Of a DNA stretch of 64,000 bases, positions 52,001-60,708 are shown piece after piece (position 1 is the first letter of the stretch; each line of letters opens with the position of its first letter). This DNA is from Tolypothrix carrinoi HA7290-LM1 (lineage in GTDB: Bacteria; Cyanobacteriota; Cyanobacteriia; Cyanobacteriales; Nostocaceae): positions 53,884 through 117,883 of the forward strand of contig JAHHIK010000007.1 in assembly GCA_019358935.1 (NCBI GenBank). The letters are read 5' to 3'. The position numbers and the translations under genes were made by a program. The notes below the pieces were generated by a model. The model ran no database searches, was not told the DNA's origin, and saw nothing but the letters and a program-made list of their open reading frames with translations.

Positions 52001-52181
52001 TGAGGGAACGGGTAATTTTATATTCCTGTCTGTAGCGGGTTAGTTCTTGGGGAGAGGGATAATCAAGTTTTAGCATTTTTACAATTATCCCTACTCCATC
52101 GTCTCTGATGCCCCGATAAACTAGAGAATTAGAACTTTCGTATATCTTGTCTTGGATCGCAATACCAGGTAGAGTAATCAT
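46092..52181 (-). CDS. Hybrid Ser/Thr kinase - AAA ATPase - GAF - PAS - HisKA_3 histidine kinase
   Basis: HKDINPGNI, IIDFG, YLSPEQTGR; GYAGIGKS, FLDDLQW; GAF (LPLL..SKLIGVLYLEN); two PAS/PAC; ERNRMAREIHDTLAQ, QEALTNAIKY, DDGRGF, GFGLLGMSER. The ATG at 52181 is preferred. Confidence 0.93.
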   Translation of the reverse strand: MITLPGIAIQDKIYESSNSLVYRGIRDDGVGIIVKMLKLDYPSPQELTRYRQEYKITRSLNLEGVVKAYSQQDYQRTLVILLEDFGGESLEQWIHKRPDIFCPIPLSTFLGFAIAVCDILGRIHAANIIHKDINPGNIVLNLDTGVVKIIDFGIATQFNRTNPTFKNPHVLEGTLTYLSPEQTGRMNRLLDYRTDFYSLGVTFYELLTGQLPFPTTDVLELVHCHIAKHPIPPNEINTTIPKPVSDIILKLMAKNAENRYQSAWGIKADLEICAEQLEEIGQISSIQLALQDVSGQFQIPQKLYGRDKEVAMLLAAFVRVACPEDNRIACPESNRVASLPNNSETTSQSEQRGEPKFQVEMMLVSGYAGIGKSALVQEIYKPITQKRGYFISGKFDQFQRNIPYSAIADALQKLVQQLLSEPDEQVQQWRSLLLTALGNNAQIIIDVIPEVELIVGKQPPVPEVGATEAQNRFHRIFGQFVRVFCSESHPLAIFLDDLQWIDSATLKLIELMLLDEQTKSLFLIGAYRDNEVNPTHPLALMLERLRKQGAVLQEIILTPLTLGPLSQLIAETLHRNADTVRPLAELVLRKTEGNPFFVSEFLRMLHSENLLSFDAEDLSWQWNIAQIQAQDITDNVVELMLHKLKKLPENTQQILRLAACVGAEFNLDTLSIVCEKPPETIFQDLLTAIQVGLIQPLSELDENLLIQEYKFLHDRVQQASYTLIDESQKQIVHLQIGRNLLGKTLPERLSDRLFEIVDHLNHGIELVTDQLERNEIARLNLITGQKAKAAIAYSVAQNYLARGRAWLADSSWQTNYELTLELYTETTEVAYLCGEFEQVESWAVVVLQAAKTVLDIVKVYEVKIQTDIAQNQPLEAINTGLQVLQQLGISFPETPTQSDIQLELDTITSLIGKKPIEDLLHLPEMTEPDKLAAMRILSSITIAAYVAAPDLMPLLVSKQVNLSIQSGNAVVSPFAYAFYGLILCGTSGNIEIGYEFGQLALNLLSHLNVHSLRARTLLIVNNFIIHWKEHIRNTTQPLLEAYQRGLEVGDLEFAAYCAHCYCFQFYAVGKELVEVEREMTKYNEAIRQIKQKTALTWNQIYQQAIANLMGFSVNPTRLVGEFYNEENGLPQHEVTNDGTATFDVYFHKLFLCYLFSEYAQAVKNSTIAERYLIRITGTPVGPFYYLYDALARLAIYSESGTQVQEELLKKVTVSQEKMKQWAQYAPMNCLHKYHLVQAETARVLSQWFEAEEFYEQAIQGARENEYIQEEALAYELAAKHYLVRGRQKIAQTYMKEAHYCYERWGAMAKVKDLETRYPQLFPQSSNVVSTPVRTITGETISNTLHTALDLATVMKAAQAISSEIELERLLSSLMQILIENAGAQTGCLLLENAGEWMIEATCELIEGAQVCATQVLQSTPIANRLPESIIHYVIRTHKSVILNDATHEGNFINDPYIQHHQTQSVFCLPLLNQSKLIGVLYLENQLATGAFTPERFSEGDATRTQLLNLLSTQAAIAIENAKLYSKLRASESQINQFLEAVPVGVGVLDATGRPYYVNQRGIQLLGKGVDPSATPEHLAEVYQVYLAGTDQNCSSEKMPIVRALKGERTRTDDLEIHQGETIIPIEAWGTPVFDEQGKVAYAIVAFQDITERKQAEKLLADYNQTLEQQITERTLLLWQEIEERQRVENALRQSEEQRRLTMDFTHIGSCNWNITENKIDWNDNYARLLGLVPGEVESSYQVWRDRVYPEDIHRVEQAITTALETHTDFEAEYRVIHPDGSIHWLVGRGRGIYDTAGQPVRMLGIILDISEQRNAALRERKRAEQASILEERNRMAREIHDTLAQSFTGILLQVRAAEQVLADDPEATQVHLEMIEELARAGLAGARRSVSALRPRLLEEGNLESALHRIVAQMRSTTDTALICETQGTAYSLPTEVENNLLRIGQEALTNAIKYACASEIRVELMYNETQCILRVKDDGRGFGVGSIPLSGGFGLLGMSERAERINAQLTIQSQPGQGTEIIVTINRE

Positions 52182-52469
52182 AAAGCAACTCTTGAGAGGA
52201 TAATCTGGCATACCTCAAACTATACAGTAATTCTCCTTGTTAGAATGATAACTATAATTAACTACTTAGTTTACTTGCTAAATAGACTTGTCCGAAAATT
52301 TGAAAAGCAGTCTGTATCTGGCTTAGAGACAGTTAAAGTGTAAGCCCAAGTCAACCTAATTATGAGGGTTGTATTGCAAAAACTTGCGAAGGACAAAAGC
52401 TCTGTATAAATCAGAACCAGTTATGAAGCTACTCCGAAAATTTGAGCAACAAATAGTATTTGAGCGCTA

Positions 52470-53091
52470 ATGTCTGTTTTTTCAACTCCCTTAACTTGTC
52501 CCTTAACGCGTAACCAAGTAAATACTGAACTAATCGCTAATAACTGGGATGATATGTTACGGGTAGCTAGTTCCTTAAAATTGGGGACTGTAAGTGCATC
52601 CGAGGTGATGCGAACTTTGCAGCGAGGAAGTAGTTCAACGACAGTATCAAAAGCAATCGGGGAATTGGGGCGAATAACAAAGACGTTATATTTGCTACGT
52701 TATATTGATGACGAAACCTATCGCCGTCGCGTCCTCACCCAACTTAACCAAGGAGAAGGTCGCCACAGTTTAGCCAGGGTGACTTTCCACGGACAAGGGG
52801 GTGAAGTGCGTCAACGCTACCGTGAAGGTCAAGAAGACCAACTGGGCGCTCTGGGGCTGGTGGGTAATGTGCTGGTATTATGGAATACAAGCTACATGGA
52901 TGCGGCGGTAAAGCAACTGCGAGACCTGGGGGTGGAAGTAAAGTCCAAGGATTTATCGCGGCTCTCTCCTCTCGGATACAAGCATATCAATATGTTGGGA
53001 CGTTATCAGTTTACTGTCTTCTGAACATTTGAAGCGGGGTGAACTTCGTCCTCTACGTGATCCAGATGACTTTGGCGAATCCTATAGCTAG
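52470..53091 (+). pseudogene. Tn3-family transposase C-terminal fragment
   Basis: I..NWDDMLRVASSL, ELGRITKTLYLLRYIDDE.YRRR..QLNQGE.RHSLAR, LSPLGYKHINMLGRYQF. A frameshift precedes ...GELRPLRDPDD; the N-terminal ~80% is missing. Confidence 0.88.
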
Positions 53092-53117
53092 AACGTTGTG
53101 TAGATAAGGCTTGTAGC

Positions 53118-53156
53118 CAAGCGCGTACATTCCTGTTCCATTGCTACTCGCACGCG
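53118..53156. mobile_element. Degenerate Tn3-family terminal inverted repeat
   Basis: The reverse complement reads ..GCGAGTAGCAATGGAACAGGAATGTACGCGCTTG, resembling 38-bp Tn3 IRs but lacking the terminal GGGG. Confidence 0.55.
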
Positions 53157-53283
53157 CTCCGAAACTTCTTTATTCTGTAAGGCAATAAGCGCGGGGCGTA
53201 CATAAAAAATATTGACAGCAGAAACTGTGCCGCGTCGGTGACTCGACGTTTGCGTTGCGGTAAATTGGAGAGCAATTAGATAG

Positions 53284-56200
53284 TTACAAACTCAACCACG
53301 TATAAAACTGTGGCATCATTTGTTCTAATATACGTAGTTCCGCAGATGCAATTTTTTCCAGCAGTAGCACAGCACACCACCGACGATCCTCACTCCAACG
53401 TTGGAGGATATCTTTAATGGCATCAACCCCATGCTTAATGCCAGAGCGCAGTTGTTGGACACAATCTCTAATTGGTGTAGAATCGCCATCTTCGGGGTCA
53501 AAAATCTCAAAAACAGCATTTTCATTTTCGGTATCCACCCCCTCCCTTATGGGTTCCCCTATAGAATTAGGCGGGGGGGTGGATACGGGGGTATTGGGAG
53601 GTGCAATCCCATACAGTAACTGCAATCCAGCCTGAAATCGTCGTTGATCTTCTTCGGCTTGACGCGCTCGTTCTTCTTTTTGTGTACGTTTATTTTCTCG
53701 ATGCTTAATTACAGCTTGAGCAAAATCCAATTCCTCTTGCTTAAGTCCGTGGTATTTAACTTGTTTACCCCTCGGACCCACTTTATGGTCGTCCAGTTTT
53801 AATCCCAATTGGTCAAGCAAAGTCCCCAATAGCCATATTGGTTTACATTTCTTGGGAACCGTAAACCCTAAAATCGCCTTAACATGAGACGCACAAGAAG
53901 AGGCTATTTCGGTCATCCTCACCAAATCAGGGTCATTCGCTGTCACCTCAACACCCGCTACTAGGCGTTTGAGAACATCATGCAATCCCAAATTAAACCT
54001 AGCCAGCCAAGAAGCCGAATAATTCCCCCAGTCCATACATAACGGGAAGTGCAAACGCTCCTGACGGTCTTTGTCTGCCACAATTGTTGGTGGGCTTGGG
54101 TATTCATCACCAGTATTTGGGTCAACAATTGTACCATCTGGCTCAGATAAAATTGCCTCCAAATCGGCGATCGCTTTAATTAATTTCCCACTGTTATCTT
54201 TTTGTACCAGTGTTGAAGTTACCTCCATCCCGTAAGCATCTTTGATACGGAATTTTTCGCACTCGAAAACTTCTTCGGGTGACAAATAATCTTTACTAGT
54301 ACGTTGGCGATACTCAGTAGCCGAAATCTCCTTGGAAGAAGCAACCGCAGCATAATACGCAGCGTCTAAGGCAATGCCAGCATTTTTTAGTTGCTGTTGT
54401 GCAAGATAATTTTCCTCAGCACCCACTGAGATAATTACGTTACCCATCTCCGTTAGCAGGTTGCGTAAATCAGCCCGCAAATTGTTGATGGATTGGTGTC
54501 GAGAAGCCATTATTTGACAGTACGCATCTAATGCCCAGTCTTTTTCAGCACCTCTTCGTCCTGTTTCACGGTCAATCCTGATTAGGAAAGCCGTCATCTC
54601 GTTGGTTTGCAGCAACCGCTCCTTAATTTTACTGGCATTGGTATCTTTATAGCCAAAGGGCGGACGCGGAGCTACCCAAACGTGAATCGGGACGTTGGGA
54701 CGATAACGCCAGAGTTGTTGGGCGCATTCGGTAGCCGTTTGAGAAACCCCGTGAAAAACGCCAAAAACAGCGTCGAAATGATATTCAGGTATATCCACCC
54801 CAGTTCCCAAGCTAGGGGACGCTAAAAGGGCATCTAGGCTCTTTACAGAGTTAGTTATGTCCTTGATGAAAGCGACATTTTCTTCACTGCCAGAATTTTC
54901 TGAGTGGATCGCCCAAATTCGTAAGGGTTGTTTTATATCTGACCTTTTTTTGTCATCTATCTTTTGGGGTAATTGTGAGGGATCACTACCTGAAGTATTT
55001 TTGTCATCTATCTTTTGGGGTAATTGTGAGGGATCACTACCTGAAGTATTTTTGTCATCTATCTTTTGGGGTAATTGTGAGGGATAGTCAGAATTATTGT
55101 CATTAAATGGCGGTGGTTGCGAAATACTGTCTGCATTGCTAGCCTCCACAACAACGCGCATAGAGAGCGACTTTTCAAGTTTCTTAATAAACCGCTTGGA
55201 GTCCGAAGGCACCATAATTTTCTCACCCCTCATCAGCGCTGCTGAAATTTGGGCTACAAGGGCGGAGGAATTATCTCCTTCGTACCAGTAAATTAGGCGA
55301 TCGCCATTTTTCCACTCGTTTTTGATAATAAACGGTTTTTCTTCTGGTGGACGCATTGCCCGGAAGAAGTCCACCGTCACCTCGTCCATATGCGCGTCGG
55401 CAATTACAACCAAGGGCGCATTATACACGATATATTCCAGAACTTCTAAAATCGATGCCCGATGTTCTTTACAGGTTTTACTGTGCAGCAGGTGAGTTAG
55501 GTACTGGCAAGCTTCATCGATAAACACGCAACCGTAGGTGAGGGAATCGGTGCAAAGCTTGTGCAAGCTGTCGATGGTGATGCTGAGGGCAGTAGCCTTG
55601 GCTAAACCCGTATAACCCAAATCCGAGTACATCTCGGTTTTGAGACGATTAGCCAGGTTTTTCAGCAAGTTAACCCGATGCCCGTTGTTGAGGAACCGCG
55701 CTTCGGGATGAGAGTCACGCCATTTTGAGAGCAACTCGGTTTTGCCGGTTCCCATATCGCTGTCTAATACTACCAGTCCTGATTCTGGTAATTCAACTGA
55801 AGAAGATAAGTACTTGACATTTACCCGAACGTGTGGTTTGTATTTGCTACTTAGTCCTCTGTGGCTGAGGTAGAACGATCGCTGATAATCTGTGAGGCTT
55901 TTTGCATCGTCAACGATCGCAGTCAGTAGGGCGCTAGCATCGTCACCACGGGCTACTACGAAGTCATCGACCCCTTTCTCCATTCCGGGGAGTAAAGCCA
56001 CCTCACAGGCGCTCCCAGCAGCTTCTATTGCCTTACCTGTACGCAGGGTGGCTTGGAAGACCGACCAACGGGTTTTGGGGTTGGTTTCGTGGTCGAAGAG
56101 GATAATAAACTTGCGTCCCTTTTGTGCTAAAGGCAGCAAGTCGGGGTGCAGGCGTTCGTCGAAGTCTTTTTTACCAACTCGTCCGTTCCAAATACCGGGG

Positions 56201-56793
56201 AGAGCGATCGCTGCAAACCCAAGACTTAACAAACAGGCTGCTTTCTTTTCGCCTTCGCAAAGGATTATGGGTATTTCCGGGTGACGAATAACCCACTCCC
56301 AAAATATTAAGAGCGGATGTAGCCTATCAGTAAGGCGCGACAAGAGGGGAGAATTATAGCACTTGATATTATACCGCTTTTGAACTAAATCCCAAATGCA
56401 GTCGGGAATATCGAAGTAGGTAACGCGGTTGGGGGTTTTGGGTGGTGACTCGTATTTGACGAGTTTGCCTTTTTCTGCATTAATCCGGGGGTTAGTGGGC
56501 TTAAAGCGCCCCCATTCCATCGGTTGCCAGTTGTTTTGGGGGTCGAGTCCGGAAATCCACAATCCACCTAATTCGGCGTGTTGGTACTGCTTTAAGAAGC
56601 TATCGGTGACTCGACCTGCGTTTTTGCGAGGTATGGATTCGGAGATAAACAGGTACGAGTAGACGATCGCGCTCTCGATGTGGACGAAGTTGCGTTCGAT
56701 AAGCGCGTGGTGGATGGCACTACCGACAGCGAGTTCGTGGTACTCGGCGACTGTAAGGTTGTTGGGGAATGGGGAGAGAAATTCGTCGTTCAT
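53284..56793 (-). CDS. Plasmid replication protein, CyRepA1 family (DUF3854 primase-like plus helicase-like domain)
   Basis: KYESPPK, LCEGEKKAACLL, ALPGIWNG, KGVDDF (DUF3854/Toprim-like); SDMGTGKT Walker A; FIDEACQ; SPSLGTGVDI. Confidence 0.88.
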   Translation of the reverse strand: MNDEFLSPFPNNLTVAEYHELAVGSAIHHALIERNFVHIESAIVYSYLFISESIPRKNAGRVTDSFLKQYQHAELGGLWISGLDPQNNWQPMEWGRFKPTNPRINAEKGKLVKYESPPKTPNRVTYFDIPDCIWDLVQKRYNIKCYNSPLLSRLTDRLHPLLIFWEWVIRHPEIPIILCEGEKKAACLLSLGFAAIALPGIWNGRVGKKDFDERLHPDLLPLAQKGRKFIILFDHETNPKTRWSVFQATLRTGKAIEAAGSACEVALLPGMEKGVDDFVVARGDDASALLTAIVDDAKSLTDYQRSFYLSHRGLSSKYKPHVRVNVKYLSSSVELPESGLVVLDSDMGTGKTELLSKWRDSHPEARFLNNGHRVNLLKNLANRLKTEMYSDLGYTGLAKATALSITIDSLHKLCTDSLTYGCVFIDEACQYLTHLLHSKTCKEHRASILEVLEYIVYNAPLVVIADAHMDEVTVDFFRAMRPPEEKPFIIKNEWKNGDRLIYWYEGDNSSALVAQISAALMRGEKIMVPSDSKRFIKKLEKSLSMRVVVEASNADSISQPPPFNDNNSDYPSQLPQKIDDKNTSGSDPSQLPQKIDDKNTSGSDPSQLPQKIDDKKRSDIKQPLRIWAIHSENSGSEENVAFIKDITNSVKSLDALLASPSLGTGVDIPEYHFDAVFGVFHGVSQTATECAQQLWRYRPNVPIHVWVAPRPPFGYKDTNASKIKERLLQTNEMTAFLIRIDRETGRRGAEKDWALDAYCQIMASRHQSINNLRADLRNLLTEMGNVIISVGAEENYLAQQQLKNAGIALDAAYYAAVASSKEISATEYRQRTSKDYLSPEEVFECEKFRIKDAYGMEVTSTLVQKDNSGKLIKAIADLEAILSEPDGTIVDPNTGDEYPSPPTIVADKDRQERLHFPLCMDWGNYSASWLARFNLGLHDVLKRLVAGVEVTANDPDLVRMTEIASSCASHVKAILGFTVPKKCKPIWLLGTLLDQLGLKLDDHKVGPRGKQVKYHGLKQEELDFAQAVIKHRENKRTQKEERARQAEEDQRRFQAGLQLLYGIAPPNTPVSTPPPNSIGEPIREGVDTENENAVFEIFDPEDGDSTPIRDCVQQLRSGIKHGVDAIKDILQRWSEDRRWCAVLLLEKIASAELRILEQMMPQFYTWLSL
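54947..55085. repeat. 51-bp tandem repeat (~2.7 copies) in the rep gene
   Basis: GTCATCTATCTTTTGGGGTAATTGTGAGGGAT at 54952, 55003 and 55054; encodes PSQLPQKIDDKNTSGSD. Confidence 0.9.
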
Positions 56794-56987
56794 CAGCCCT
56801 CACCCCCTAAAGCTGGCACACCGACTGGGTGCATCTGTGGAAACCAAGAGAGGTCTTGGTAAAGGGGGGAACGATTCCAGTAATTGGCGAAATGTATATA
56901 GCATTGCCAAATAATGCCAGATCCGCAAAAACGGGTTTGGCATTTTGATCTAAATTAATCTATATGATCCGGGCTGTTCTAAAAGCC

Positions 56988-57086
56988 TAAAACCCTTATT
57001 TAGTAAGGGTTTTAAAAATGGATTGTCCGGGGATTCTAGAGTTTTTGTCCGGGGATTCTAGAGTTTTTGTCCGGGGATTCTAGAGT
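56988..57086. repeat. Putative replication origin: hairpin plus three iteron-like repeats with 22-bp period
   Basis: AAAACCCTTA-TTTAG-TAAGGGTTTT at 56989-57013; TTGTCCGGGGATTCTAGAGT at 57023, 57045 and 57067; AT-rich tract on the right. Confidence 0.75.
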
Positions 57087-57237
57087 CGTTGTTCTAAAGC
57101 TCTAATTTATATGCCGTAAGGCTTTGAAGCTTATTTTTTGAGTTATTTTTTTTAGAACAAAAAGATAACAGAAGAACAGCCGATTACAGATAATAATCGG
57201 CTGGCAGCGAGGTATTATTAAGTATTAATACTCAAAA

Positions 57238-58917
57238 TTAAATCTCAATAAATTTTTGGATCTTGCTAGCGTGAGCTTGACTGATGGTGCGCTCACCCCG
57301 TTCAATCAAGGAGATGAGTTTTTGGGACACGCCAAGAAAATCAGCCAGTTGAGTTTGTGTGCAGCCTTTGGCAATACGTGCTTCTCTAACTTGGTTGCCA
57401 GTCAAGTCGGTGTTTTGTGGCGGTGTAACCTTGGTTTTGGGCTGTAATCGTTCTACCTTAGGTTTGACTTTCGACTGTAATCGTTCTACTTTGGGTTTTG
57501 CCTTTGATGCTATAAGTTCAGGGATAGGGGCTGGGGGTTTGATAGTGAGTTTGGCTCTTAGCAGCTTGTCCAAGTAGCCTTTGGGCTTCTTATCCAGTGA
57601 GTCTGGTCTTAACTCTTCGGGGTAGGTTTCCGGGTCAAACACAATCTGCCAGCCCAGTTTGAGCAGTAGTTTTATGGCACTATCCCAGTGCTGCTTTAGG
57701 TCATAAGCTCTGCGACGGTCTAACCGGGCTTTGTCTATAATCGGTTTGGCGAATGCAATTTCTAGTAACTCCTGTACTTTGTAGTTCCCATTAAGGCGAA
57801 CCCGACTATCCAATGTAAGATATATAGCCAGCCTTAGCGCGAGTTCATCATGGTAGGGGTCAATTTTCAAAACTTGCTGGGCTAAGTAGCCAAACTGATA
57901 TAAAGCTTCCCGCGATTTGGCTCCAGCTCGGTTTAAAAAGTGTTTAGTCCAAGCACCGGGTTGAATAATTAGCTGAACTTCATCAGGCTCCTCTATTTTT
58001 CCCTGCAAATTTATCTGACCATAGGGCACAATTGTGATATTCCACATGCGACCAACAGGGGTACTAGCATTTATACCGCCTTTTTTGTTTCTACCTTCTA
58101 TCCACACTGTTTTAACTAACAAACAATCTAATGCAAACGCAGTGTTGGCAATTTCCAGCAGTTTTTCATGTTTGGGTAAATCAGTTCGTTTATCCCAACC
58201 CATCTCTTTTATTAAGTCACTGGCATTGAGAATAAATAAGCTTTCCCAAGGTCTTTCCTGTTTCATTGCATAGGCAGCAAAGATTAAGTGCAGTTTGGCA
58301 CTGCTAAACCCAAATTTATCGATGATTTGTAGGGCTTCATCCCAAGGAAGCATGGTAATATCACCAGGGTTGGTAATATAATGCTCAATATAATTTTGAG
58401 AATCGCCCTTGGCTTTATGTTGTAAGTAAGCTATCCCATTTTCATTTTGGTTCCATAACTCTTTTTGGATTTGAGAGTCAATACTAGAAAACATAATTGC
58501 TGCTGTAGGAATAGCTTCAAATTTTTGGGATTTAAATAATTTTGTTTGTCTAACTGTTACTGAAGTGTTGGTCAGGGAAATCGCCGGGTTTTCAGAGAAT
58601 TTTTCGTTTTGCTGGTTACTATTGTTATCTTCTTCCGACCAAGCGTTTGATTCTGGGAGATACAATTCATGTTCAGCGTTTTCAAAAGACTTATCTGGCG
58701 ATTTTATTAAGTTTATTGAATCATTTACGTAATTTTCTTTTAAAGACTGCATTAAATGGTGCTGTAAAGCTTTTAGAAATTGTTCTTTGTTAGGAAATAA
58801 AGTTGAATCAATTTCTATAATTAATTTATTGATGTCAATGTTCTCATGTTCTGATTGATTGACAAGATTCAGATTTACTATTAATGGTAGTTTAAGATTA
58901 AAATCGTCTGCTGCCAT
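57238..58917 (-). CDS. Large protein with C-terminal XRE-type HTH, possible replication initiator
   Basis: C-terminal VREARIAKGCTQTQLADFLGVSQKLISLIERGER; ~490-aa unassigned N-terminal part; the iteron-like repeats lie immediately downstream. Confidence 0.7.
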   Translation of the reverse strand: MAADDFNLKLPLIVNLNLVNQSEHENIDINKLIIEIDSTLFPNKEQFLKALQHHLMQSLKENYVNDSINLIKSPDKSFENAEHELYLPESNAWSEEDNNSNQQNEKFSENPAISLTNTSVTVRQTKLFKSQKFEAIPTAAIMFSSIDSQIQKELWNQNENGIAYLQHKAKGDSQNYIEHYITNPGDITMLPWDEALQIIDKFGFSSAKLHLIFAAYAMKQERPWESLFILNASDLIKEMGWDKRTDLPKHEKLLEIANTAFALDCLLVKTVWIEGRNKKGGINASTPVGRMWNITIVPYGQINLQGKIEEPDEVQLIIQPGAWTKHFLNRAGAKSREALYQFGYLAQQVLKIDPYHDELALRLAIYLTLDSRVRLNGNYKVQELLEIAFAKPIIDKARLDRRRAYDLKQHWDSAIKLLLKLGWQIVFDPETYPEELRPDSLDKKPKGYLDKLLRAKLTIKPPAPIPELIASKAKPKVERLQSKVKPKVERLQPKTKVTPPQNTDLTGNQVREARIAKGCTQTQLADFLGVSQKLISLIERGERTISQAHASKIQKFIEI

Positions 58918-58980
58918 AAGATAGCTCCAATTGATTAGAAGTCTAATTATTCATTTTTGTAAAGTGTGAAAGAAAGTTCA

Positions 58981-59877
58981 CTACAAAATGCCTGCCTCGG
59001 TTAATGCTTGACTTAAAGCATCAAAAAGGGACAAGTATTCCGCCCACTCAGTAAGATAGCCGTAGTCCAAACCCGTTTCTTGCAGCTTGAGTATCCCCAA
59101 AACATCGCGCCACTGTTTTTCTGACTGACTCCCCCTTAGACACCGCAGTTTTTGTAAAATCGTGTCCTCTGGGGAAGCAACCCAAAATTGGGGCATCCCT
59201 TCTACATCGAGCAACCTACGACGGGACAAAAGCGATACAGCAAATGGCGAATTGTCCATCAGATATAAATCAGCGTTGGCGATCGTTTCGGTATGCGTAA
59301 TGTTCAGCATTCGTTCCCGCCCCAACTTTAAATCCTCCACTGCTCCGGCGGGACAGTAGTATCCCCCTGTCTCTAAAGTTGTCACCAACAAATCGATTTG
59401 GGAGAGCCTGACAGAGATAACCAAATCCAAATCACGAGTTGAGCGAGCCTCCCCGTGAATGGAACTCGCCACACCCCCACTAACAAAGTAGGGGATATTT
59501 ATCGATTCAAATAATTGGTGGAGTTCGCCAGCTAGAGAAATCGAATCTTGAATCCACATAATTTCATCAGTACCAGTGGGTTGGAAGCCACAGGGGAATT
59601 TATCCCCCAAGACAGCACGGGCAAAGCGCAGGCGAATTTCTTCTATTAATGCATCTTTCTGCCGCCATTTGATACCCGCAAGACAAAGTTTTTTTACAGA
59701 GCGATCGCTCTGGACGAACATTTCTACCCTTTGTTTGAGGGAGAGTTGGCGCAATCGTTCAAACAGGTAGATATCGGCTTCGATGTTCGTATCGGCGGCT
59801 TGGGGGCGGTAGTTAGGGTGGACTATAGACGCTGCAAGTACGGATAAAGTTTGTTTTGGCTGCGGTTCTATGGTCAT
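58981..59877 (-). CDS. Nucleotidyltransferase-like protein with extra N-terminal domain
   Basis: YFVSGGVASSIHGEARSTRDLDLV (GG..A...G..R.T.DxD NTase motif), SPEDTILQKL, SEKQWRDV. Confidence 0.72.
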   Translation of the reverse strand: MTIEPQPKQTLSVLAASIVHPNYRPQAADTNIEADIYLFERLRQLSLKQRVEMFVQSDRSVKKLCLAGIKWRQKDALIEEIRLRFARAVLGDKFPCGFQPTGTDEIMWIQDSISLAGELHQLFESINIPYFVSGGVASSIHGEARSTRDLDLVISVRLSQIDLLVTTLETGGYYCPAGAVEDLKLGRERMLNITHTETIANADLYLMDNSPFAVSLLSRRRLLDVEGMPQFWVASPEDTILQKLRCLRGSQSEKQWRDVLGILKLQETGLDYGYLTEWAEYLSLFDALSQALTEAGIL

Positions 59878-60110
59878 GTCTCCTCTTTACCCTTTTCCGT
59901 AAGTGAAGAAGTTTTGGGCTGCGATCGCGTCCATCCCTCTCTATCCCTAACCGCTAATTCCAACAAAACCGCAGCCAAGTTACTAACCGACCTTCTCTCA
60001 TCGGTTGCCCATTTCTCTAGAAAGTCATATACCCCATCTGGTAAGTACACAGCCAATCTTTTAGTCATTTCATTAAACATAGTGCTTTCACCTGAATTAT
60101 CTCTATCCAT
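59874..60110 (-). CDS. CopG-like ribbon-helix-helix protein
   Basis: TKRLAVYLPDGVYDFLEKWATDERRSVSNLAAVLLE; its stop overlaps the start of the NTase gene. Confidence 0.78.
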   Translation of the reverse strand: MDRDNSGESTMFNEMTKRLAVYLPDGVYDFLEKWATDERRSVSNLAAVLLELAVRDREGWTRSQPKTSSLTEKGKEET

Positions 60111-60708
60111 GCTGTTATGTGTCTATCAAAATAATTTCTAGCACTTAACAAGGCTTTTATGTGCTGTATACGTGCTAGGATAGCATCAACAAACCAAGCT
60201 AGCCCAAAATCTTTACACTGACTGAATTTCAGCTAATTTTGGGAACAAATTCGTATTGCCATTAAGCCTATGAGGAGAGCAAAATCTTCAAAACGCGAAA
60301 ACCCTAAATTCCAAAACCGCAAACTTTCAAGCCAAGAGGAACTCAAAGTCAGTGCTTCTGAAGGCGTCAAGACCTGGGAACGGTGCAACCACTCCAATCC
60401 TTATTAAACAAGCGCTATTGATGCCACGCTTTTCGGGGTGTCGAGAGCAACGGTGCATCACTACCCCTGCTGGCAATAAATCACACAATCCTTATGGAGA
60501 AAGCAGTTGCATTTTTTTCGGTGCAGCCCAAGCGCAGTTAATACCCCAATTACAGGAACTGGAACTGTCATCTCTACGCACCGAAGAAAGGTTGCCAAAT
60601 TCCGACAGAAAGCCAGAAGTATTGATTTCTCGTTGGTTGCGTTGCAATGCAATACATATGGTGCGTAGTAACGGCAGTGCAGTTGAGCGTCATTAACTAT
60701 CAAGAAAA

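Noticed and set aside
60270..60700. Possible structured RNA/riboswitch or ORF upstream of the right-hand operon
   Set aside because: No consistent stem pattern or recognisable consensus; the ORFs lack support.
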